NCBI GenBank assembly: GCA_023231475.1
Contig: JALJEE010003044.1
Coordinates: 1 to 35,658, forward strand
Source of the DNA: Seison nebaliae
Lineage: Eukaryota
Direction of reading: 5' to 3'
Length of the DNA stretch: 35,658 bases
The notes under the pieces: model-generated
Seen by the model: the letters and a program-made list of their open reading frames with translations, nothing else
What the model was told of the DNA's origin: nothing
The model's database searches: none
In this document: positions 22,916 through 34,776 of the stretch, one piece after another
How the letters are laid out: every line of letters starts with the position of its first letter
How positions within the stretch are numbered: the first letter of the stretch is position 1
Translations under genes and position numbers: made by a program

Positions 22916-25900
22916 TCACTTCTCCTTCTGACTTGTTGCCATGGATCGGATCATTTTAAGAGAATGAGTATCATTGTGTAAAGAAGCAATTTCGAATGCT
23001 TTCTCCCATAAACCGATTTGAAGATAACATTGGATTTGCTGTTGATAATTCTCAATTAAATTTATTAGATTATCCAGCATATATATCTGATTCTATTAAT
23101 GGCAACGGCCAAGATTATCCAAGTTTAAAAAAATATGAGAAGAATTATAGAATAGAAAGATTAAATTTCCCCAAACTTGTTTCAAATGATTAGGGAATTC
23201 TTCGAAGAATCGTACAACAATTGGATCGATATCTTTCGATTTGAGTAACTTATTAATTTTCGTTTGGGAGATCATTCGAAAAAAGATGTGACATTTATTA
23301 TCATTATTAATAAATTTGAGATGACGATATAATAATTGAATTGTCGATTCTAATAATGTTTTGATGGAAATGCGGAAAGCCTTAAATGTTTCATCAGAAT
23401 CATATTTAATATAAAGTTTTTTTTAAAAAGAACAATAAAAAGAACTGTAGCGATTTTACATGAGAGATCGAAACCGATTGTCACTGTCGTGTCAACAGCC
23501 ATCAGTGCACAACAGAGAGTAATAATATGTTTGATGGAAGAGAATAGAGGAATCTCGTTCTTAATATCTCCGATATAGAGTTGAATTAATTGAATGAAAT
23601 CATGCAATGACCGATATTCCTGAATATTTGGAATTGTAATCATTGAAATGTTATTTCCTTTCAAACTAGTAATATTCTTATTGTGATAGATTGTCGATTC
23701 GTTACTCGCATACTTCACATTTAATGAGAAGATCATTTCGATATTTGTCGTGTGTTTTGAAACGAAATCGATAATTTGAATTTGTAGACCACTTATCTTG
23801 ATATATCTTCCATAATGTTGAAAAGAAATGAATTAAAATTTAAAAATTAAAATTTAGAAATTAAAATTTTTCAAATTAGATAATTATCGAAGAAAGAAAC
23901 TGTAAAATATTCTCTAATGAGAAACATTTGCGATGAATTAATAAATGTTCATTCTTCGTTCGATTTCTCATTGTTGGTCGATCGGTTATCAATTGTCTAG
24001 ACGACGGGAGAACACGATTGATGTTTTGTAGTAGTTTCTCATGTTTCTCCCAATACGTTTCCGCCACATACCAATAGAAATGGATGAATGCGGCAACTAA
24101 ATATTTTCGATGTTCAGTTTTCACTAAAGTATTTCCGATGTCATTCAACGTCGAGTTGACATAGAGGAGCATATGAATAAATCCAATTCCAGCCAAATCC
24201 TAAATATTAAAAAAATATATTATTATTATGAAATAGAAAAATATCGTCATAACATCGATAATCTCATGAAGGAGGAGGAGCATGAGATATTCTTTCAATT
24301 TCCATAATTCTTCCATGATGATAGGAAATAATTGAATGACATATTGATTCTTTTTATCCGAATGAATTGGAATAAATAATCTCTCAATAAATTCTTTCAA
24401 ACAATTATTCGTATGACACCAAGTGACAACTCGTGGAATTAAAGATACATTCTCCTCATTGAAATTATTCAATAAATGTTCAACTAATTCACTCGAATAT
24501 TGATGATTGGCATAGAACTCATAAAGTAAATGAGAAGATGACGAATATTGCAGATATCGGACACATTCCTTATAAATTTTTTGAGGAATTTTCTTCTGTC
24601 TTTTCTCATAATTAATCGATTCAAATTCTATGTTCATAGAAAGTGGTCGATTCGTAGAATAAATGGAAAGATCTTTCTCCAAATCATTTAATTTATCCGC
24701 CTCCATCAACTTGTTTACTTGAGCATTCGATGAAGAATTCATTAGAACTTGAATAATTTGAGTAATCTCAACATCGCGTTGATTGGGAGGAAGCTGCTTA
24801 AAAACAATTTCACAATCATTTCATATTCCATTTATGTGGAGAAGTGAAAGAACTTGATAAAGAAATTCAGCTGTCTCTTTCGCCTCCTCATATCGATCGT
24901 TCGCAATTAACGATCGTATCTTTTTCAAACAAATATTATTTAATGGAGTATCACAATATTTCTGGAGTTGATCAATCGCATCATAATGTTGATCGATGAT
25001 CAATTCGTTAATATATTTCCTAATAAGAATTTGAGAGAATTATTATTGGAATATTGGAAAATTATTCAATTGGAAAACTCAATTTTTTCTCCATTCTCCA
25101 ATTCGTGGAAACAAGGATAACGGATATTAGTGAATAGATAGAGTGATCGATAAAATTGAATCCATTTCAAATAGTATTCACATTTCAATCGATATTCATT
25201 CACATTCTCCGATTTATTCATCTGACATTTCTCAACCACCTTCAATAATAGTTGACAAACGGCTCTTTGATAACGATAAAAGAGAATGATGAACAAAAAT
25301 GAAAAAATCGAACTCGATAATCAATTTAATATTTGTTGCATAATTGAAAATTCCATTTGTTGTGGCGAAAACAGTTTGTTCATACGGACTCAATTGATTG
25401 ATAGACGATAGTTGACAAGTAATTTTCTCACACCATCTTATGATTTCGGAGAGAATTGATGACTTTTGACGTGTTCCATTGATCAGTGTGAAACAGGATG
25501 GAACATTTAACATTTGATCTTTCATGTATCGTTCTCGTATTTTTTCATTGAGACGATAATTCTTATCATGATCCTGATATTCGACTCTCGTTCCATTTTG
25601 ATGATTATGTTCGAATATTATTAAGCAATCATTCATTTCTGAAAAAAATTTTATTAAATTTCAAATTTTATGTGATTTGTTAAATGTAGAAGAATGTGAC
25701 TAACTTCGACTAATTGAAACATTCGGATCATCACTTCGACAACTATTATTCAAACTGTCCGTTTTATTAATATTTCCCAGATTTCCTTCTTTTTCATTTC
25801 CAATATTTCTTGTCCGTTCATATTCATAACAAGTTTGACAAACTCGACATGTTTTGATCGTTCCACCGAATTCGAGTGGAAGCGTATATTTCGAACATTT

Positions 25901-28900
25901 CCTGCAAATCACTCGTCCACATCGACGACAATGATGTTTCCTTACAAATAATGAAAATGTTTCCTGTTCGCAACATTGACAAATTTTAACATCGTCATCT
26001 TTAGTCCATGAATCGGGTGTTGGCGCCTTCTCTGGAATACTATATCCTTCCGAATCAGTTGTATTCGTTTCGATCGAAGTAATTTCCATTGAATTTTTCG
26101 CGTGGAAGATTTTCTTAAAAATATTCTTCTGACCATTATGATGATAATCATTTATCTCATTCTCTGGAATATCAATAATACTCATACTGTCTAATAATGA
26201 CTCTTCTATTACTTCAAATTTCGGTTCAGAATAATCACCAGACAGAATTGACGATAATCCATTCTCTTTAATCTCCTCAATCTCATATAATGTCTTCATA
26301 TAACGATCATTGACCTTATTTTGTAATTGGGATAAATGTTGAATTATCTCATTTGCCCGATCGGCAGGAAAAGCAACAATTATTCCGGTTTGTGCATATA
26401 ACAAGCACAAATCATCAAGTGCTCTCAATAATTCATCGTTGGATGTTTTATAGAAATTTCGGAGATCATCAAATTTCTTTTCTCCAAAGAATTCATTCTC
26501 ATGAAACCAGTCCAATAAATTGAGTATTGATGTTAATCGATTCTTTAGAAATTGTCGATAATTTTCAAGAATGGTTGGAAATATTTCGAAATCACCATCG
26601 ATCAACAATTGTTCGAAAATTTTCAATGGGAAAATCAACAAATTCTCATATCCTTGTCGAACATGACCGATATGGATAAATATTTTGATTGACAAATAAA
26701 ATGTGGAAATTAATTCGTACGATGAAAATAACTGTGTCAAGATTGATGATGATTCTTCACTTTCACAAATTTCCATATTTTTTATTCTTAATGGAGTTAG
26801 TAAATGATTGTTTGGTGATTGGATTAGTCGAATGACTAAATATAGCAACATCTTATCTAAATCCAATTCATTCGATTGTGATGTCAATTTGAATTTGTTC
26901 AAATTGGTTGAGAAAATGTTCTTAATCGTTTCCGGAATTATTCCTTCATCATCTTCATTCATTATATGAACTTTATTATCATTGAGATTTCGTTGAGTCG
27001 ATTCTTTCAATCTCAAATAGATCATATATTTTTGAATGAAATTTGGCAACATCATTTCATTAAGGAATTTTATGGATAAAATAAAACATTTGTTACTCAA
27101 CCAAACTTGTAAGGGATATTGGTCGATATAATTGATTAATGTATCAAGAATTGTTGAAATTGCAACGAATTGAAGCCGAACATCAAATTCATTGAATTTC
27201 CAATCATTTATCATATTTTCGGTGGATTTGAATGAGAAAATCGAACTACATAAATCATTGAGATGTCCCCTGAAGATCATGAGCACTTCCGGATCTATTA
27301 GATGATTCTTCAACGGTTTCTTATATCGATCAGATTCATTCCGACTTTTCGATTCTTTCGAATCGTTATCGATCGATTTCTCATTTTTCAACGTTACACT
27401 AAATCCATTTTGTTCGATGACATAAGTGAAAATGGAAAGAAGAAAAATTCGTTCACATTCAATGAAATTCAATAATGATGATCGATTAATGAAATTAATG
27501 TTGCCGAAACTAATCTCTCCAATATGCAGGAGATTTGTCGAAGAATAATTTTTGAAAAAGAAAAACATAATAATTTCATTTGATAAATTATATTCATGTT
27601 CCTTCACTAATCGACTCAATATCCAAACGATATTATTATTAGTGAATCGTCCTTTATTATCGAGACGATCGATCGATATACCAGATCTGGTGAGAAATGC
27701 GATAGCTTCATCCATCAGATGAATCTCAATAATTCGTTGTTGGAGTACATGTATATAATTCTCATTTCTCTTATACCAATCCAGTCGTCGTGCAACTTTC
27801 TCACGATCTTCTTGAACACAATCATTAATAATTTGAATTCGTGATGCTGATGGTATATTATGCAATGCGTCGGATAAAAACATTTGTGTCTGTAGATTCT
27901 TGTCAGTCAAACATTTGACTAGATACCATTGATTACCATATTCACTTAAATAACGGAAGCAATGATTCCTCAATTTCTCGATAAACTTTATCAATAAATT
28001 ATTGGACTGATTCATATCTAAACCGTTCTCAATGATGGACGTGTCGATACCCCACCATCTGAACAGGAATTGTATGATATATAACCATCCTTCAATCAAT
28101 TGTACTTTGTTCTTCATATGGAAATAACGGAAACAAGACGTATATTTGCGGAAATTACGTCGATTCTTCTCCGATGTTTCTTCAACGCAGAAAATATCGA
28201 GGAAGAAAAGAAAGTTAAGAATGTGGTCGATTTGTCCATGTGATGGAATTGGTTCATGAATTTTATTCTCATTAAAATTACAACTATTCCACCATTGGAA
28301 GAAATTGTTTAAATGGAAGAAGAAGAAACAATTATTTATTAGTCGTTGATTCGAATTATAGAATGGATGAGAATCGCCATTAAATCCATACAAATTCTCA
28401 AACATCTTCCTCACCAGAACATAGAGAGTTGGAATAGATTTCGCTTCTAATACTTCATTGAATATTACTCGTTTCATTTGATTGACATCCTTCTCATATT
28501 CCCCACTATAATTCACAGAAACATCCGAATGACATCGTCGTCGATATTTAGATAATTGATATTTCTTCGTCAGCAGAACGATAGATATGATGGATGACGA
28601 TTGATATAGACGATTAAGCTTATCATGTTCTTTCTGCAGTAATGATTCGAACAAGAAATGTTTCCAATAATCTGTCACTAAAAGTTTGCTGATAATAATG
28701 AATAATTTACGAACGCCATTTTTACAATCTTTTATTTGAATTTGAACATAAGAAGAAAATTCGAGAAAATTCTGTTCCTTAATGAAAATCTCTCGACCAT
28801 GAACCGTTCCGTCATCGAACAAGTATTGGAATATTTGCACGATATCGATAGAATATGATTCCTTCCATTTCTTCCTCTCAATCATCGAATAGATGAGAAG

Positions 28901-30508
28901 AAGTTTGAAGAATTTCAACGATTTAATTCGAAGTGATTTCGACGTCGTCGAATAATTGGAGAAGAATGATCGAATGATACTTCGATCAATAATCCAGTCA
29001 CTATTCTCACCATTATGAGGTAAAATATCGAATTCATCTAATGTACTTTGTTTGTTAAGGAATGTTGCGAATAATTGTGGTTTCTCGTTTTGGACATTCT
29101 CTTCATTGAGACTCACGAAATCTAAACAATGAATTCGATTTAATGATGAATTCAATTGAAGTGGAATATCGTTCCATAATTGATTCATCAATTCACCATA
29201 AGTATAAGTCGTATTGCCATCACCAATTTTAAATTGGATTAAATTATAAAATAACAATTTCCTCATAACTTCACCATTGGTTGAGAATTGTCGATATAAT
29301 GAAATGATGGGTGACAATAATCGTTCATTATTGCAGCAATATCGATAGAAGAAGAAGAGATTGATTAGAAAAAGAAGATTGTGCAAATTGATCAATAACG
29401 ATGAGGAAAAGTTGTTATAAAGATTGTTATTTGAAGATTTTTGAGAGAAATTGAAACGATTCGACATGAATTGAAAAGTTTGAAGACGTTGAAGAACATA
29501 TTGGAAATATTTGGATGAATCATCATCTTTACTCAGTTTCTGGAATGCATCGATTAATTTTGATTCATCCGTTTCTCGTAACATTTTCTTCATTCGACAC
29601 AAACTTTCTTCAATAAACTTTTTCGTTTGTTCCACTGACAATTTCTTCAACTTAATTTCTTCTGTTTCCATTTTTCGATCATTGGATGGTAAGAGTGGGC
29701 ATTTCCTTTCGATGCAGGTTATATGCACCGGATTCGGCGTTATCTCATACACTTTACTCAATTCTTCAAATACCGGCGTGAAATAATTGATGAAATATTT
29801 CCGTCGATTGATTAGAAAGATTGATAGGAAAAACTTTGATAATTTCTTATTATTCTTACTGATAATCGTTATCGATTCAATATATTCTTGTAGCGTGTTT
29901 TGACAATTTTTCAAATGTTGTTTCTTTAAGAAAACATCGATGAATAAATCGTTGAGACTATTCAACATATCGTTATTGTATTTGAGGAATTCGACGAATA
30001 ATTCCTTGGGGATTAGATCGACATCTAATAAAACGTTGGACATATGCCTAATATTTCTGAGATCCATTAGACATTCGATTTCACTTGAAGATTGTCGATA
30101 ACGTTTAACAATATGATTCAAATCTCTTTCTTTAATTAAATAATAATTATCGACTCCACAATGTTCACCTGAACAATGATCGTCTTCCATTTCACCATCT
30201 GATTTGAATAATGTTCTCGTACAAGACAATTCAGTATGAAGACTCATCTCATATTCACTCATATCATACATGTAACGATTAATTGAAAAAATTATTTTGA
30301 AGAATTCATCATTCTCTGGTAACATCTTTTTCAACTTCTCAATATCATCCATCGACGTCGAACTGGCGAAACAAATTTTCTCCATTTCCAACAAATATTT
30401 TCTCTTATCATCTGATTTGAGACGAGATGATTTTGGGTGATCACATGCTCTCTCATTCAACCCAATCTTTAACGGAACCTCTTCATCTTCCTTCTCTTTT
30501 GTTGACAT
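22916..30508 (-). CDS. ZFYVE26: Spastizin (SPG15)-like FYVE zinc-finger protein, about 2350 aa. Exons 30508-25705, 25638-25314, 25264-25079, 25019-24854, 24793(or 24796)-24254, 24199-23901, 23806-23446, 23380-23177, 23092(or 23086)-22916
   Basis: The FYVE finger lies about two-thirds along a large helical protein. Eight GT-AG introns join the ORF fragments into one frame. C-terminal segments (NILQYIKISGLQIQIIDFV; PLFSS...TVTIGFDLSCKIATAFRI; LDNLINLIENYQQQIQCYLQIGLWEKAFEIA) resemble the remembered spastizin C-terminus. Confidence 0.85.
25820..26035 (-). other. FYVE domain
   Basis: WTKD (WxxD), RKHHCRRCG and RVC signatures with eight Cys ligands. Confidence 0.97.
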
Positions 30509-30904
30509 TGTACACTCTCGTCGTCTTCCTTATATGAACTTCCAGAAAAATGGAAATTTCATCGATTCAGACTCAATTCACAATCTTTCTCCGAAATCCA
30601 ATTTTCTTACTAAAATCCCTTTCTCTTATCAAATTATGGAACGAAATACGATTTTACAATAAATTTAATTAAATTTAAAAAAAAACTTCAAATGAACGAC
30701 AGTTTATTTGTTTAACATTCGTCTTTTCCTTTTTCCATTTCTCTCTTTTCATCTTCTTATCTTCTCTTATTTTCTTATTATCTAATTAGATTCTAATTAA
30801 TAGAATATTTTTTATTATTATTTTAGTTCATTATTTTCAACTGCGAATTCTTCTCTTCCCAATCTTCTATAATTTCTTAAATATCCACTTCATAACATTT
30901 AGTC

Positions 30905-31679
30905 GGGGAAACGTCATTTGATAGACCAGTCATTTGGTAGACGAGACTATTTGGTAGATCGGTCATCTGGTAGATGGTTATTTGGTAGACTGCATGTGTA
31001 CCAAATGATCGGTGTACTTTCAATTTTGAAAGATTCGCAAACGTTACTCAATATTGACGCCAATTTATCTCCGACCAAATTCTTGTTCATTTTTTTTAAT
31101 TCCCGTGGTTCGAACGAAGGATTAACGTATGCTGCGGCGATTAGGAATTTATTTTCCAAATAACAATCGAGCCGTTTTTCCAGATTTTTGCAAATATCGG
31201 AAACAGCCTTAAGGCAAGATCTATAAGATCTTTCCGTTGCGGCCATTTCTGAAGAATGCATTTCAAGTGTTCGAATCTCAAGTTAGGTCTTCTTCAAAGT
31301 TCCATGGACCGTTAGGATATTCCAGAAATTTATTTTCTTCATTATTATCTTCATTCATCTTGAAAATAAAATTTTTTTCATAACTACCTAAATTTGATTC
31401 ATTTTTTATTTTTTCTGAGAAATTTTGTAAAATTTTTATAAAATTTTTATAGAAAGCGTTCGCGAACGAAATGAGAACATTCGTTCGAACGGTATTGATA
31501 AGAACAATGTATTTCGTTCTCGTCCAACTGATTTTCAAAAACCAGACAACACAATTATATTCGAGAACAGTCCATTTTTGTTCGTGTTCGTGTGAACAGC
31601 ACTAATGTACCATTAGTAATGACCGTCTACCAAATGACCGGTCTACCAAATAGTCTCGTCTACCAAATGTCTTAGACTC
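30905..31679. mobile_element. Mutator-like/foldback-type element with tandem-repeat TIRs, enclosing a hAT fragment
   Basis: About 50-bp inverted repeats built of CATTTGGTAGAC units (about 30931-30980 versus 31619-31668). Flanks are CATTTAGTC (30896-30904) and TATTTAGTC (31680-31688), i.e. 8/9 identical with 8 bp exact. Confidence 0.85.
31019..31604 (-). mobile_element. Internally deleted hAT transposon fragment (5' terminus plus transposase remnant)
   Basis: The minus strand begins TAGTGCTG (hAT-type terminus) with CGAAC subterminal repeats. The peptide LEKRLDCYLENKFLIAAAYVNPSF resembles the hAT L..RF......lAt.LDPRF segment. A related terminus occurs at 34595. Confidence 0.65.
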
Positions 31680-31916
31680 TATTTAGTCAACATCCTAACC
31701 TAGACATGAATAACTAGAACTCTTAATTTCAATTTCTTCTTTTCAAATTATGTAGACTCTTTCTAATTCTCCATTTTCATTTAGTTCAGATTGTCTCAAT
31801 GGGAATTTAAATAAAGTTTTAAGAATTTTATTTGTTAGACTACTCATTCTATAATCGTTCATTAACTTATCCATCTATCATTTCATCGATCTCATTTGAT
31901 TCATTTCATTTATTGT

Positions 31917-33175
31917 TCATTCATCGGCAGATGAGTGAGGATTAGATTCAGTAAACGATTTTTCCTCATTCTCATATTCGTTATCTTCGAGATATAATTG
32001 CTCTTTCATTTCGTCGCACATCTCATCCTCTTCAGCACCATTCTCCATCTTCAATTCCATTGAGGATGACAAGGGACGAATGGTGGATTCATCTTCCTCA
32101 TCCGAATGTCTATAAAGAATATCTTTAAACGGAACTTATTGATGAGAAGGAAGGGAAAATGAAGTTATAACCGAGAACATTCTTCGCACACGTATCTTCT
32201 TCCAACGTAAGACAAAAATCTTCTATTTCTTTCAAACGATTATAATAATAACCACGTTGAGCGTCATATGTCATAGAAGTTTCATTCAAATCTGAAACCT
32301 TCATTCAAATTGAAACATAAAAACGATAGGGAAATGAAATAAACTTTAATTTCTAATTCCTCATTATATGTCGCAGCATTCTCCAACTCTTGACCAAGGA
32401 ATAATACCTGATCTTCTAATTTCTCCAATTTCTCATTCTTTTCCTTTAATTCGTCGGCGAATCTCTTCCGATCATTCAATGTCCTCATAGGTCTTTCCAA
32501 CGAATTATTTCTGTTCCTATTTCTCGTGTTCGAAGGATTATTATGTTCGACTGAATTAAAAATTCCAATATTTCTTAACATTCAATAAAAGGAGAAACCT
32601 CGTCCATTCGTAAATTTATTTTCTCTCTTATTATCCGTCCCAACAGTTGTCGATGTAACCTGAGTTCGCCCATTGTTCTTCGCAAATGATCGAACATTTG
32701 GCATTTTTTCTGAGAATTTATTTTGTTTATCTTCTCAAATTGAAAACTAACTTCCGTTAGTTAAATTTGAAGTTGATGGCACTTTCTCTGGCTGAGCGTT
32801 ACTATGACTTTCTCCACTAATATTCGTATCGAAAAACTTTTTGAACCATTGAATAAATTCGAAGTTATCCTGATATCTCATTTTTACCAATTTCTCCACC
32901 GGGATGAACTTGTCAATCTCCACATCCAACAATGCTTTTTGAAGCATCTTAAAATTATGAAAGAATTCTATTTCTGTCTTTGCATTACACTTCACCTTTT
33001 TCAAAGGAATTATCCCGGGAAAGAGTAAATTCATCAACTGACAATATGCCGAACCAGTTCCCATCTCCTCAATCTTCTGCAGGTTCGACAACAATTCCGA
33101 ATTGACCCATTCGATCATTTCATGTCGACTCAGATTGTTGTTGGAGTAGGAGGTTAGGTAAACGTTTCTCGCCAT
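31917..33175 (-). CDS. MAPRE: EB1/RP family microtubule end-binding protein, 357 aa. Exons 33175-32752, 32709-32599, 32550-32345, 32298-32172, 32122-31917
   Basis: CH domain motifs LSRHEMIEWVN, GSAYCQLM and IPVEKLVKMRYQDNFEFIQWFKKFFD. After splicing 42, 48, 46 and 49-nt introns, a coiled coil and EBH domain follow (QRGYYYNRLKEIEDFC...VLDILY), then an acidic tail. AATAAA lies just after the stop. Confidence 0.95.
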
Positions 33176-34236
33176 TATAAGGCGATTGAATAGTGAAAGA
33201 AAAAAGAATAAATTTCACAATGAAAAATTGGATTGTGCAAAATGAATAGAAATGTTTCCAATTTATACATTCATCTACTCATTTAAACAATACTTTAAAC
33301 ACAAACGAAACAATAAGAAGAATCGAAACGAATCAACGATTTTTCTTCCACAAGTCCTATACAAGCCAATTTTTGACAGTTTTCGAAAATGATCCGAACT
33401 TAAACATTTAACTATATAACTATAAAAACTATAATATATTAATTCATATAAATATATAATTATATAATAAATTATTAATTCATATTAAAAAAAAAATTTT
33501 TTAACATCAAAGAGAAAAAAACTCAAAAGGAAGCGTTTTGTCGGAAGCGCTTAAGAAAGCGTCACAGCCGGCATAGAAAATAAATGTAATGAAGTTTGAA
33601 TGAATTTCATAATTTAAATTGACATTTTAATTGAACTTGAAAAAAAAAAGTTTTCGAACAGTAATAAAAATAATAAGAGTGGTGAAAAAGAGAAAGGGGT
33701 CGACCCTAAGGAAACTCATCATACTTCATCGCCGAACAGCGTCACCATCAAAGCAATGATGGAAGCACTTGAGGATGAAATATCGGACAATACTGATACA
33801 AACAATAGAACCGATGATTACAAGAGATGTGAAACGAAGAATATCCTCGCATCCATGTCCACCAAAGAAAAAGTCTCTTTAAGCTCATTGAAGAATGTTA
33901 CAGAATTTACTTCGGATGCTCAAATGAAGTCAAGAACCGACGTCATAAACGGTCATATAGAGTATATAGGCCATTAAAAAAAAGTATTGAAGAATATACA
34001 CAATTTATTGCAAGGGGGAAAAATTGAAATATAAATTTAAATGAATGGGAAAAAAATCTTTACAGATAAAAATTTAAGCAAAATTGAATAGCGTCATCTA
34101 TTGTATATCTTTCGATTTTATTTTTGATATTCCTATTAATTGTATTTCTTTTCTTATTGGAATTTATAATTTTTGATCTTTTCAATGTCAGATTTTTCTT
34201 AACCAAGGAGAAAATTTGTGCAAATCGTTTATATTT

Positions 34237-34594
34237 GAAAGAGAATTCAGTAGAAACATTTTCTAATAAGAAAAATGCTCGAAGAAGTTGTTGATGAAAG
34301 AAGAATTGGTTCTTGCGAACAACACGTCGAAATCCTGGTCATTGATGAGAAGAAAAGAACAAAGTACTTCAACCATTAGAATTGATGATTTTGTCAAATT
34401 TTTTCAATCTTCCATGTGTTTGACTCTTCTCTTTCACATCGAGTGGTCAGCATGGAAAACTTGTCTCAATCATATTATCTCAGTACTACAGTTGATGAAC
34501 TGCGCATCTGCTTTGTCGCAAATGAATTTGAAGAAATCGCATGGTGAGGACGATGTGTGTTTATGTATTATAGAGAATTTGAAAGATTCATTAT
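34237..34594 (+). pseudogene. Degenerate non-LTR retrotransposon (LINE) ORF2 fragment, region just upstream of the RT core
   Basis: NNTSKSWSLMRR...IDDFVKFFQS...ALSQMNLKKSHGEDDVCLCIIENLKDSLL follows the LINE pattern (N.kkfW, F.eFF, al..mk..KspGpDgi....lk.l). There are in-frame stops at 34264-34269, and it ends abruptly at the hAT terminus. Confidence 0.65.
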
Positions 34595-34772
34595 TAGTGC
34601 TGGGGAAACGAACACGAACAAAATGTATTTTTTACGTACAAAAATTTTGATGTCTGGAATTTGAAAAACAAGTGTTTCGCGAAATTCCTATACATTGGTC
34701 GTCTGAATTTGTACATACATTTGTTCGCCTCAACGAGGCGAACAGCTTCGCTGAAAACTTTTTTAAAATGAC
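34595..34772 (+). mobile_element. hAT transposon terminal fragment related to 31430-31604
   Basis: TAGTGCTG....ACGAACACGAACAAAA.TG...TGTCTGG..TTTGAAAA...ATACATTG is collinear with the reverse complement of the 31604 end over about 170 bp. Confidence 0.7.
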
Positions 34773-34776
34773 TATA

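Noticed and set aside
22996..23193. 65-aa plus-strand ORF
   Set aside because: Antisense to ZFYVE26 exons 8-9.
22916..25700. Stop-codon reassignment, frameshifting or pseudogenisation as the cause of the fragmented ORFs
   Set aside because: Every break is resolved by a short GT-AG intron restoring one frame, and the multi-kb ORFs read cleanly in the standard code.
29281..29460. Possible hidden in-frame intron in ZFYVE26 exon 1 (pyrimidine-rich, reads LLFLINLFFFY)
   Set aside because: No AG on the coding strand across this stretch to serve as an acceptor.
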